This document shows positions 11,182 to 20,311 of a DNA stretch of 64,000 nucleotides, piece by piece. The notes beneath the pieces were generated by a model. It did no database searches. It was not told where the DNA came from and saw only the letters and a list, made by a program, of their open reading frames with translations. Within the stretch, counting starts at the first letter, position 1; every line of letters begins with the position of its first letter. The DNA comes from an uncultured Planctomycetota bacterium. Its GTDB lineage: Bacteria > Planctomycetota > Planctomycetia > Isosphaerales > Isosphaeraceae. The stretch spans positions 6,176,001-6,240,000 of the forward strand of contig CAVTTN010000002.1 in NCBI GenBank assembly GCA_963737655.1, written 5' to 3'. The position numbers were made by a program, and so were the translations under genes.

Positions 11182-12506
11182 ATGGCCACTCAACGCACCA
11201 CCGACCCGCTGACCCTCTGGCGAGCGATCGTCCAGGCCGGCGGCATCCCGTCTTATATCGATGCGCAACTCGCCGAGCGCGGCTTCCTCGTCGCCCGGCG
11301 AGAGACCGACGGGATGTCCGAGCGCGAGCTGGCCGAGTACAAGAAGTCGCTGAAGGCGGAGGCCGCCGAGAAGGTCCGCCTCCGGCGCGAGGCCTGGGCC
11401 GCGTATCGGGCCGAGCACATCGTCTACCTCGGCGACGGCATCTACTGGAAGGACGACCCCGGGCCCGACAAGTGGGACCACCCGAAGGCCGAGGAGCGGG
11501 CCGCCGAGAACGAGCTGCCGCCGCTCGACTCCCCCCGCCAGCTCGCCGAGGCGCTCGGGCTGACCGTCGCGCAGCTCCGCTGGCTGGCCTTCCACCGCGA
11601 CGCCGCCCGGTCGATCCACTACCGGCGGTTCACCATCCCCAAGCGAGACGGCTCCGAGCGCGCCATCTGGGCCCCGATGCCCCGGCTGAAGGCCGCCCAG
11701 CGCTGGATCTTGTGGAACATCGCCGAGAAGCTGCCGGTCCACGGGGCGGCCCACGGCTTCCTCCCGGGCCGCTCGATCCTCTCGAACGCCGCGATCCACC
11801 GGGCGCCGGACCTCGTGGTCAAGATCGATCTCAAGAACTTCTTCCCGACGGTCTCATGGAGACGCGTCAAGGGCCTGTTCCGGAGCGCCGGCTACCGCGA
11901 GCACGTCGCCACCTTGCTCGCCCTGCTCTGCACCGAGGCCCCTCGCGAGATCGTCGAGGACGAGGGGAAGACGTATTTCGTGGCCCTCGGCCCGCGATGC
12001 CTGCCCCAGGGCGCGCCCACCAGCCCCGCGCTCACGAACACGCTCTGCCTCCGGCTCGACCAAAGGCTCTCGGGCCTCGCGAGGAATCGGGGCTGGCGCT
12101 ACACCCGCTACGCCGACGACCTCACCTTCAGCCGCCCGGGCGATGCGAAGGGCCCGCCCGGGATCGGCCGTTTGCTCGGCTCGGTCCGGAGGATCGTCGA
12201 GGGGGAAGGGTTCGCCGTCCACCCGGGCAAGACCACGGTGGGCCGCACGGGGGGCCGGCAACGGATCACCGGCCTGGTCGTCAACGGCGACCGCTCGCCC
12301 CGGCCCACCCGCGAATTCAAGAGGAACCTGAGGGCGGCGATCCACAACCTCGCCGCCGGGAAGGACGCCGAGGGCGGCGAATCCCCGGCGGTGCTCGCCG
12401 GCCGCGCCGCGTTCGTCGCCATGACCGAGCCCGAGCTCGGCCGCGCCCTGCTCGATCGATTGAACCGGGCGCTCGAAGCCCGGGCGCCGGGGCTTCGAAC
12501 CCCTAG
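11182..12506 (+). CDS. Retron-type reverse transcriptase, Mx162-like (~441 aa; true stop inferred at TAG 12504-12506 after a 1-nt indel)
   Basis: Motifs IPKRDG, AAHGF, region X NAAIH, KIDLKNFFP, LPQGAPTSP, catalytic YTRYADDLTFS, region Y QRITGLVVN. Long N-terminal extension (AIVQAGG..KAEAAEK..HIVYLGDGIYW) recalled as resembling myxobacterial retron RTs. One extra G in the G run at 12489-12492 gives ...RAPGASNP*. Confidence 0.92.
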
Positions 12507-12513
12507 CTCGACC

Positions 12514-15144
12514 TCATCGGCCCGGGGCGACGGCCTTCTGGAGGCCGGTGACGACCTCGGCCCCCGGGGGCTCGCAGATCCTCGGGACCGCCAGGCGGAC
12601 GCCGTGGTCCCGGAACTTGACCAGGGGGGACTCGGGGAAGCTCACCGCCACGTCCGGGTTGCCGGGTCGGAAGCCGTGGTCCAGGGCCCTTTCCTGGACC
12701 GCCTGGGTCATCAGGAACTCGAGGAACCGCCGCGCCTCCTTCCTCTGCGCCTCCGAGCTCCAGGGGACGTCCAGGACGTAGTAGGGGTGGTCGTTCCACA
12801 CGTTGGGATCGGCGTAGATGACCTGGAGGGAGCCGGCCTCGCCCCACTTCGAGAGGGCCTTGTCGATCGAGTCGATCGCGAGGTTCTCGTACACCAGGAC
12901 GCAATCGAATTGCGAGGGGCCCTTGTTGACCATCTCCTTCATGAGCGTCCCGGTGCTCGCCGTGAGCGAGCCCGAGGGCCGGGTCAGCCGGGATTCGAAC
13001 GTCGCGAGCCAGGAGACGAAGTCCTCGCCGCGGACGTCCTCGACGGTCAGGTGACGAAGCTTGGCCCGGAACTCGTACGCCATGAGGACCAGGGCGAGGA
13101 ACCCGCTGTTGGACGTCTCCGGGTCGGTGTGGGCGAACTTGAACAGGCCCCACTCGGGCTTCTCGGCGATCGATCTCCAGCCGTCGGGCTCGGCCATCGC
13201 CCGGCCGATCGTCTTGAAGGAGACCTCGCCGTACTTCTTGACGAAGGCGTCGTGGCGGTCTTTCCACATGACGAAGACCATCGGCGTGACGGCCAGCTCG
13301 CGCGCCTCCAGGATCGCGGGCCGGTCGTGCTTCGCCTTCCAGCGCTCCTCGAAGAGCTTCCGGTAGGCGCTGCTGGCGGGGCTCCAGACGTGGATCGGCC
13401 GGTCCCCCGGGCCGTCCAAAACGAGGTTGGCGCCTTCGAGCGATCCGAGGCCCCTCAGGGTGATGTGGGACCGCTTGCCCTCGGGGGTGGCCTCGTAGTC
13501 CTTCAGGGCCGCCTTGAGCCACGCCTCCTTCTCGGTCCCGTAGGCGATCACGACCTCGGGCAAGTCGCCCGGGACGGTCGGGATCCCCGAGGCCGAGCCC
13601 GCCGACCCGCCCGGCTTGGCCGAGGACCGGCGGACCTCCTCCGGACCGACTCCCCAGAACCCCCGGATCGACGGCCACATCGCCGCGATCAGGAGGCCGG
13701 CGACGACCAACGCCGAGGCCGCCGCGATCAGGCCCCGGGCGCCCTTCTTCCTCGGAGGCCCCGCCGGCTTCGGCGCCGAGGCCGAGGGAGCCGCCGGGGC
13801 GCCGGTCAGGCCCGTCCGATCGGCGAACGAGAACTCGGTGAACGAGACCTGCGAGGGATGCCTCGGCGGGGGGGCGCCGGTTGCTTCATCGGCGAGGTCC
13901 GGCCTCGGCCTCTCGGCGAACGAGAACTCGGTGAACGAGACGTTCGAGGACGGGTCTCTCGGCGGGGGCGTGGGCGCCTCGATCGTGCCGGGGTCGGGCC
14001 TCTCGGCGAACGAGAACTCGGTGAACGAGACGTTCGAGGGATGGGCCGGGAACGGCCCGGTGGCGTCGGTCGGCCCGACCACCGCCCGGAGCTGGACGGT
14101 CTGATCCTGGGGGAGGACCCGGGAGATCGTCCCGCAGTGAATGCAACGGACCTCCTCGCCCACGAACCGGGTGTCGGCGCCGATCAGGGCCCGGCACGAC
14201 GGGCAGGGGACGAGGCCGACGGGCACTCGTTCCGGGGCGGCCTCGCGAACCGAGGGCGCCTCGGGCAGTTCGGCCAGGGCCTCCTGGGCCATCATCGCGC
14301 AGGAGGCGAAGCGGTCGTTGGGCTCCTTGGACATCCCCCGGCGGATCGCCCGGGAGAGCCTCGCCGGGATGCCCGGCAGGAGCTCGTCCAGGGGCGGCGG
14401 GTCGATGTTCGTCTGGTTCACGATCGTGGCCGAAGGCGACGGCCCGACGAGGTAGTTCTTGCCGGTGAGGACCTCGTGGACGGTCAGGGCGAGCGAGTAC
14501 TGGTCGGCCCGGCCGTCGGTCCGGGCCCCGATGACGATCTCGGGGGCCACGTAGCTGGGCGTCCCCAGGAGGAAGCCCGGGGCCGTCAGCGAGTTCTCCT
14601 CGGCGGTCCGGGCCTCGTCCCGGGAGAGGGCCTTGATGATCCCGAAGTCGCCGATGAACGCGTTGCCGTGGGCGTCGAAGAGGATGTTCGCCGGCTTCAC
14701 GTCGCGGTGGATGTGCCCCTGGGAGTGGATGAAGTCCAGGGCCCGGGCCACGTCCAGCAGCCAGTCGCGGAGGGAGGCCGGGTCCATCGGCCGGGCCTCG
14801 CCCTCGGGCCCGCCCTGCATCCGCTCCTTCAGGCTGCCGCCGGTCAGGTACTGCATGACCACGAACGGGCGGTCGCTCATCACCCCCACGTCGATGATCC
14901 GGACGATGTGGGGGTGGCCCAGCTTCACCAGAGACCGCGTCTCCCGGCTGAACCGCTCGATCAGGTTCGGCATCGGCATCCCCTGCTCGGGGCCGATCGG
15001 GAACTTGATCACGACCTCGGTCTGGAGGTTGTTGTCGAACGCCCGGAAGACCTGCCCCATGCTCCCCGAGCCGATCCGGCCGAGGACCCGGTAGCGGCCC
15101 CCGCCCAGGGCCCGGCCGATCCAATCTTCAGTCGCGCCGACCAC
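12514..15144 (-). CDS. Membrane Ser/Thr protein kinase with Zn-ribbon, triple peptide repeat and extracytoplasmic substrate-binding-like domain
   Basis: GSGSMG, VVIKF, HRDVKPANIL, DFG, GTPSYVAPE; CPSC..CIHC; TM segment LIAAASALVVAGLLIAAMW; C-terminal SBP-like region (IAYGTEKEAWL, VWSPASS, HTDPETSNSG). Confidence 0.88.
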   Translation of the reverse strand: MVGATEDWIGRALGGGRYRVLGRIGSGSMGQVFRAFDNNLQTEVVIKFPIGPEQGMPMPNLIERFSRETRSLVKLGHPHIVRIIDVGVMSDRPFVVMQYLTGGSLKERMQGGPEGEARPMDPASLRDWLLDVARALDFIHSQGHIHRDVKPANILFDAHGNAFIGDFGIIKALSRDEARTAEENSLTAPGFLLGTPSYVAPEIVIGARTDGRADQYSLALTVHEVLTGKNYLVGPSPSATIVNQTNIDPPPLDELLPGIPARLSRAIRRGMSKEPNDRFASCAMMAQEALAELPEAPSVREAAPERVPVGLVPCPSCRALIGADTRFVGEEVRCIHCGTISRVLPQDQTVQLRAVVGPTDATGPFPAHPSNVSFTEFSFAERPDPGTIEAPTPPPRDPSSNVSFTEFSFAERPRPDLADEATGAPPPRHPSQVSFTEFSFADRTGLTGAPAAPSASAPKPAGPPRKKGARGLIAAASALVVAGLLIAAMWPSIRGFWGVGPEEVRRSSAKPGGSAGSASGIPTVPGDLPEVVIAYGTEKEAWLKAALKDYEATPEGKRSHITLRGLGSLEGANLVLDGPGDRPIHVWSPASSAYRKLFEERWKAKHDRPAILEARELAVTPMVFVMWKDRHDAFVKKYGEVSFKTIGRAMAEPDGWRSIAEKPEWGLFKFAHTDPETSNSGFLALVLMAYEFRAKLRHLTVEDVRGEDFVSWLATFESRLTRPSGSLTASTGTLMKEMVNKGPSQFDCVLVYENLAIDSIDKALSKWGEAGSLQVIYADPNVWNDHPYYVLDVPWSSEAQRKEARRFLEFLMTQAVQERALDHGFRPGNPDVAVSFPESPLVKFRDHGVRLAVPRICEPPGAEVVTGLQKAVAPGR
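13820..14031. repeat. Three exact 29-bp intragenic direct repeats (13820, 13913, 14003) encoding VSFTEFSFA
   Basis: tcggcgaacgagaactcggtgaacgagac x3 with periods of 93 and 90 nt, in frame in the kinase linker. Confidence 0.9.
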
Positions 15145-15196
15145 GGAAGACCTCCTTCGAGACGGGAGAGGATGGGCCGGGGCCGAGGCCGGGGTC

Positions 15197-15799
15197 TCAG
15201 GACCCGGCGACGGCCCGGGCTCCCGGGCCGATCGGCAGGGCGATTCGGAACGTGGTGCCGACCCCGGGTTCGCTCGCCACGTCGATCGTCCCGCCGTGCT
15301 CGACGATCGTCGAATGAGCCAGGCTGAGCCCCAGGCCGGTGCCCCGACCCACGGCCTTGGTGGTGAAGAACGGGTCGAAGATCCGGGGGAGGCTCTCCGG
15401 CGCGATCCCGCAGCCGTCGTCGCCGATCTCCACGATCGCCCGGTCCCCTTCGGACCGGGTGGACACGACGATCCGGCCTCGGCCTCGGCCCGAGTCCTCG
15501 ATCGCCTGTTCCGCGTTCATCAGCAAATTGAGGACGGCGTCCCGCAGCGCCCCGTCCCTCGACTCGTCCGGCCCCAGGCCCAGGAGTTCGGCGAGGGGAG
15601 CCGTGGCCGAGATCAGCCGATACGTCCCCGGTTCGAGCCGGGCGATCATCTCCCCGGACCGGCCCGCCCGCGAGTTCGGCAAGGGCATCAGCATCGACCG
15701 GCTGACCGTCTGATCCCCGCCCGCCGCCGACACCCCCGCCCCGCCCGCCGGAGCGGGCAGGGACTGGCCGCAAACAGAGCACTCGCGGTTGGGAGGCAT
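15197..15799 (-). CDS. Stand-alone HATPase_c (histidine-kinase ATPase domain) protein lacking an evident H-box
   Basis: N box NLLMNAEQAI, G1 DDGCGI, F box IFDPFFTTK, G2 GTGLGL; N-terminal CSVC. Confidence 0.75.
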   Translation of the reverse strand: MPPNRECSVCGQSLPAPAGGAGVSAAGGDQTVSRSMLMPLPNSRAGRSGEMIARLEPGTYRLISATAPLAELLGLGPDESRDGALRDAVLNLLMNAEQAIEDSGRGRGRIVVSTRSEGDRAIVEIGDDGCGIAPESLPRIFDPFFTTKAVGRGTGLGLSLAHSTIVEHGGTIDVASEPGVGTTFRIALPIGPGARAVAGS

Positions 15800-16153
15800 C
15801 GCGGCTCATCAACGGGGCATCGATCGACCGAGAGGCCGGGGACCCGGGTCGCCCCATTCTGACCGATTGGTGTGAAGAAGAGATGAAAACCGCCGGAATT
15901 AACGGATTGAGGGCGGAGACGACCCGGATCGCCGAAAGCATCCTCGGAGGCTCGGCGATCCGTCAAGGGCCCGCCGACGTCCAGGCCGGGAGGGCTTGGC
16001 CCGCCCTCGGGGCGATCGCCGAGATCCGCCTCCGGCACGACCTGCCGGGGCCCCGGTGACGTGCGGGGTCGATGTCCTCCGCGTCCGCTCGGCCGGCGAG
16101 CGGCCGGTGGGTCCGGGCGATCTTTCCGATTCCGGCGAGGCCCCGCGAGGCCC

Positions 16154-17020
16154 TCATCCTTCGGGCTTGCCGGCCGCCGGCAGGCCGTCGAGGAATTGAT
16201 CCAGGGCGTCGAGGTACTCGCGGGAGGGATCGTCGTTGTGGCCCCCTCCGGGCACGACCACGAGCGTCTTGGGCTCGTTCGCCTTGCGGAAGAGGCGGCG
16301 GCCGAGCTCGATGGGCACCACGCGGTCGGCGTCTCCGTGGGTCTGCAGGAGAGGGCCGTGGTACTGGCCGATCTTGGACTCGGAATCCAGGCGTGTGGAC
16401 ATCAGCAGGCGGACGGGCATGAACCGGGGCAGGTGGTGGGCCGCGACGTCGGGCAGCGAGCTGAACGTGTTCTCCAGGATCAGCCCCCGGGCCCCGTCCC
16501 GGGCCGCGAGATCGACCATCACGCCCCCTCCGAGCGATTCCCCGGCCAGGACGATGTCGCCCTCGGCGACCCCCGTCCGCTCGGCCAGCCACCGACGAGC
16601 CGCCCGGGCGTCGGCGAGGATCCCGGGCTCGCTGGGCCGGCCCTCGCTCCGGCCGTAGCCCCGATAATCGAAGATCATCACCGAGGCCCCGAGCTCGTCC
16701 CGGAACCGCGAGAGGACCGATCGCCGGCTCGTCAGGTTCCCGGCGTTCCCCTCGGCGAACAAAACGACCGCCCGGGGATGCTTCGCCTCGGCGAACCAGC
16801 CGTTGAGGCGGACGCGGTCGGGCGTCTCGAACCAGACGTCCTCGATGCCCGGGTCGCCCGTCTTCCAGTCGCCCTGGGGGAAGGGGCGAGGGTGGAAGAT
16901 GGCCGACTCTTCCAGGCTCATCCGCGACGCTCGCGACCTCGGCAGCGTCCCGCACCCGGCCGCCCCGAGGGGGAGCAGCACGGCCGCGACGACCGCCCAT
17001 CTCGCCAGGGATCGGCTCAA
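16154..17020 (-). CDS. Alpha/beta hydrolase (ABHD13/Bem46-like), probable lipoprotein
   Basis: FDYRGYGRSEG, GESLGG nucleophile elbow, HGDADRVVP, GGGHND; lipobox-like AAGC. Confidence 0.85.
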   Translation of the reverse strand: MSRSLARWAVVAAVLLPLGAAGCGTLPRSRASRMSLEESAIFHPRPFPQGDWKTGDPGIEDVWFETPDRVRLNGWFAEAKHPRAVVLFAEGNAGNLTSRRSVLSRFRDELGASVMIFDYRGYGRSEGRPSEPGILADARAARRWLAERTGVAEGDIVLAGESLGGGVMVDLAARDGARGLILENTFSSLPDVAAHHLPRFMPVRLLMSTRLDSESKIGQYHGPLLQTHGDADRVVPIELGRRLFRKANEPKTLVVVPGGGHNDDPSREYLDALDQFLDGLPAAGKPEG

Positions 17021-17204
17021 GGCGCACCCCCTTCGTCCGGGTCGGGACCGCCCGCTCCGCCGCGAATCGCGGGACTCTAGGCCGGTGGCCGGGGCCCGTC
17101 AAGGCGAGAACGCGCCTCTCCGGTGGCCCCGTAGCTGGCTCAAGGCTAGAATCGACCGTCCGAACCCGGGAGACCCGATCGTTCCCTGAAGAGGTGGATG
17201 AATC

Positions 17205-18176
17205 ATGCGATGGGCCCCGCCCCTCCTCGCCGGCCTGCTCCTGACGGCCTCGGGCCTGCCTGCCCCGGTCGAGGCCGAGGACGCCCCGACCCCCGAGCAG
17301 AGGGCCGAGGCGCTCCGCCGTCACGGGCTCGACCCGGCGTCTCCCCTGGGCTCTCGGGTGAAGGAAACCCCCGAGGCGGTCCTCAAGATGTTCCGGGAGG
17401 CCGGGTTGGCCGTGCCCACGCCCCACGCCCTGACCGACGACGAACGGCGGAAGCTCTCGGCCGCGTTCGAGGCCCTGCCGCCCCTGCATCGCCGGGTCCT
17501 GGCCGAGCGGCTGAGGAGCGTGAGCTTCCTCGACGGCATGCCCAACACCGCGCTGACCTCGACGATCAACCCGGACGAACCCTACCGGCTCTTCGACATC
17601 ACCATCCGCGCCGGCATCCTCCGCGAGGACGTCTCCGAATGGTTCACGTGGAAGGAGGGGACCTGCTTCGACGCCTCCGGCTCGAAGCGGGGCCTCTCGG
17701 TCGAGGCCGGCAAGCTCGACGCGATCCTCTACCTGCTCCTCCACGAGGGGACGCACGTCGTCGATGCCTCGCTGAGGCTCACGCCGCCCCCGAGGCCCGC
17801 GACGGGCCCGACGGCCACCGCGTTCACCCAGGGCGTCTGGGCCGACCGCACGGTCGCCGTCCCCCGCTATCGCGACCCGCTCCTGGAGCGCGTCAAGTAC
17901 CGGGCCGGGGGCCAGGTTCTCCCCATCGACCGGGCCGAGGCGGTCTACGAGGCCCTCGGCCGGACGCCGTTCCCCTCGCTCTACGGCAGCAGCAACTGGC
18001 ACGACGACCTGGCCGAGTCCCTCGCCCTGTACCACCTGACCCAGAAGCTCAACCAACCCTACCGGATCGTGATCCGGCAGGACGGCCGCGAGGTCTTCGC
18101 CTCCGAGCCCATGAACTCGAAGCTCGTCCGCTCCCGGTTCGACCTCATGAAGCGATTCTATGAGGACGGCCAATGA
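17205..18176 (+). CDS. Secreted hypothetical protein with zincin-like HExxH motif
   Basis: Signal peptide; LLLHEGTHVVD and YGSSNWHDDLAE. Confidence 0.65.
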   Translation: MRWAPPLLAGLLLTASGLPAPVEAEDAPTPEQRAEALRRHGLDPASPLGSRVKETPEAVLKMFREAGLAVPTPHALTDDERRKLSAAFEALPPLHRRVLAERLRSVSFLDGMPNTALTSTINPDEPYRLFDITIRAGILREDVSEWFTWKEGTCFDASGSKRGLSVEAGKLDAILYLLLHEGTHVVDASLRLTPPPRPATGPTATAFTQGVWADRTVAVPRYRDPLLERVKYRAGGQVLPIDRAEAVYEALGRTPFPSLYGSSNWHDDLAESLALYHLTQKLNQPYRIVIRQDGREVFASEPMNSKLVRSRFDLMKRFYEDGQ

Positions 18177-18459
18177 TCCGGGGAGGGCGGCCGGCCCCGA
18201 TCGGAACCCGTGCCAACCAAGACCCTTCCACAGGGCACTCCCGAAGGATCTTCCACCGAGGGGGAAACGGCCCCGGCCCGATCCTCGCCGCTCTTCCCTC
18301 CCGGCCGCCTTCCGCGTAAGCTCTTAGGGCGACTCCGACCGCGGGGCGAGCTTGGGTAGCACCGGGGCGACGGTCGGGATCGAGTCGAATCGGATCGAGT
18401 CGATCATCCCGGCGGGCCGCCCTTCCAGGCGAGGCCCGCCCCTCCAGGAGACGCGAGCG

Positions 18460-19752
18460 ATGGCCCACGACCAGAACCAGACCACCGACCGCCGCACGTT
18501 CCTCCAGGCCGGCGCCGTCGCCGCCTCCGCCCTGGCCCTGCCCTCGGGCCTGAGGGCCCAGGACGACCCCGCCAAGGACAAGGACAAGGCCGCCGCGCCG
18601 GCCCAGGCCCCCGCCGAACCCATCCCGACCCGACCCCTGGGCAAGACCGGCGTCCAGGTCACTCTGCTCGACCAGGGCGCCGTCCGCGGCTCCGCCTACG
18701 ACAACGTCCTGCGGCTCTCCTTCGCCCGCGGCGTCCGCATGTTCGACACCGCCAAGGTCTACGGCACCGAGCCCAACCTCAAAAAATGGTTTCAGCAGGT
18801 CCCCGACGTCCGCAAGCAGATCTTCCTCGTCACCAAGGACTCCCCCAAGCGGCCCACCCAGATGCCCGGCATGGTCGACGACCGCCTCAAGGCCCTGGGC
18901 ACCGACTGGATCGACCTCTTCTTCATCCACGGGCTCGGGGATGAACACAAGCTCCAGGACGCCGTGGACATGGTCTCCGGCAAGGGGGAGATCGGCGCCG
19001 AGTTCAAGAAGGCCGCCGACGACATCCGCAAGTCCGGCAAGGCCAAGTTCATCGGGTTCTCCTCCCACCACAAGCAACGCGCCGCCATCATCCAGGCCGC
19101 GGCCGAGGGCGGGATCGTCGATGCCGTGATGCTCCAGTACGCCCCCTGGCTCGACAAGGATTCCGCCCTGAACAAGGCCCTGGACTCCGCCCACAAGGCC
19201 GGCATCGGCCTGATCTCCATGAAGCAGGTCGCCGGCAAAGGCGGATTCGGCGACGCCCCCAACTTCGACGTCCTCGAAGAGGTCAAGAAGCGCGCCCCCA
19301 TGCTCATGGAGAAGGGCCTGAGCGCCCACCAGGGCCTCCTCCACGCCATCTGGACCGACGAACGCATCAGCGCCGTCTGCGTGTCCATGAGGAACACCGA
19401 CCAGGTCCGCCAGAACACCGACGCCGCCCGGTCGTTCGAGCCCCTGAAGGCCGCCGAGCTCTTCCAGCTCCGCGACGCCGTCCTGACCCACGGCCGACCC
19501 ACCCTCTGCACCGACTGCGACGGCCGATGCTCCGCCGCCGCCGGCACCACCGCCGAGCTCGGCAACCTCACCCGGTTCCTGACCTATCACCAGCACCTGG
19601 GCGACCGCTCCGAGGCCCGCCGCCTCTTCGCCGCCATGGACCCCCAGGCCCGAGACTGGTCGGGAGCCGACCTCAAGGCCGCCTCCCGCGCCTGCCCCGG
19701 CGGACTCGACTTCTGCACCCTCATGCCCCAGGTCCAGAAGCACCTCGCTTGA
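18460..19752 (+). CDS. Tat-exported aldo/keto reductase with C-terminal Cys cluster
   Basis: DRRTFLQAG Tat motif; RPLGKTG, FDTAKVYG, LGTDWIDLFFIHG; CTDCDGRC...ACP. Confidence 0.88.
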   Translation: MAHDQNQTTDRRTFLQAGAVAASALALPSGLRAQDDPAKDKDKAAAPAQAPAEPIPTRPLGKTGVQVTLLDQGAVRGSAYDNVLRLSFARGVRMFDTAKVYGTEPNLKKWFQQVPDVRKQIFLVTKDSPKRPTQMPGMVDDRLKALGTDWIDLFFIHGLGDEHKLQDAVDMVSGKGEIGAEFKKAADDIRKSGKAKFIGFSSHHKQRAAIIQAAAEGGIVDAVMLQYAPWLDKDSALNKALDSAHKAGIGLISMKQVAGKGGFGDAPNFDVLEEVKKRAPMLMEKGLSAHQGLLHAIWTDERISAVCVSMRNTDQVRQNTDAARSFEPLKAAELFQLRDAVLTHGRPTLCTDCDGRCSAAAGTTAELGNLTRFLTYHQHLGDRSEARRLFAAMDPQARDWSGADLKAASRACPGGLDFCTLMPQVQKHLA

Positions 19753-19858
19753 CCAGTTTCTCAGGTCAAACCAGGCCCCCCGGATGACGCAGCTCACCCA
19801 GGGGGCTAAATTCCCCGCGATCCCGTAGTTCGCCGAGACCGACGCGTCGAACGTTGGA

Positions 19859-19942
19859 TGGCATGCCCACGTCTTCGTGGTCATGGCTTCGGGCTCGGTT
19901 TGCCCAAACCGAAGGCATGCCTAAGAAGACGTGGGCATGCCA
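19859..19942. repeat. Palindromic intergenic element, family B copy 1 (tggcatgcccacgtcttcgtgg ... gaagacgtgggcatgcca)
   Basis: Inverted arms visible; near-identical element at 39237-39326. Confidence 0.85.
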
Positions 19943-20311
19943 CTCAAATTCTCACTTGATGAGAACGCAAGGGCCTGGAATCATCAATTTTTCCAAAGTT
20001 GACTACACTTGGCGATCCAAAGCGGCACCAACCGCCGAAAAAACCGCCGAATGCTCGCGCGCAGTCACTCGTGCGCGCCGACGCCAGCTTGTCTTTGGAT
20101 GAATGGATCGCTCGCGCGCAATAAGCAACCTCTCCAGGATTTGCGCCGAACGCTTTTTCGAGCGACCCTCCCCGAAAAATGGCCGAACGGGCGCATTCGG
20201 CGCCCGGTTCGCGCCCGCGAGTGCGCCGCGTCCCGTTCCCGGCGGCCGCCGATTCGGTGATCGCGCCCGGGGGCCTCTCGCGATGATCCCCTTCGGGGCG
20301 GGGTCTCGCCG

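Noticed and set aside
2527..11189. Long minus-strand and alternate-frame ORFs (2527..6363, 6835..9069, 9051..11189, 7593..9305 extension)
   Set aside because: High-GC shadow ORFs rich in R/G/P with no motifs, overlapping well-supported genes.
11182..12506. Group II intron, DGR or CRISPR-associated RT
   Set aside because: Has retron NAxxH and ITG motifs; no maturase domain, no flanking room for intron RNA, no TR/VR pair and no cas genes seen.
13820..14031. CRISPR-like array (29-bp repeat x3)
   Set aside because: Spacers of 61-64 nt keep the reading frame and are related to each other; repeats encode a peptide inside a kinase; no cas genes.
11182..15327. 1381-aa RT fusion protein
   Set aside because: Sequence after ~12490 is the antisense shadow of the kinase gene; a 1-nt correction gives a normal-length retron RT.
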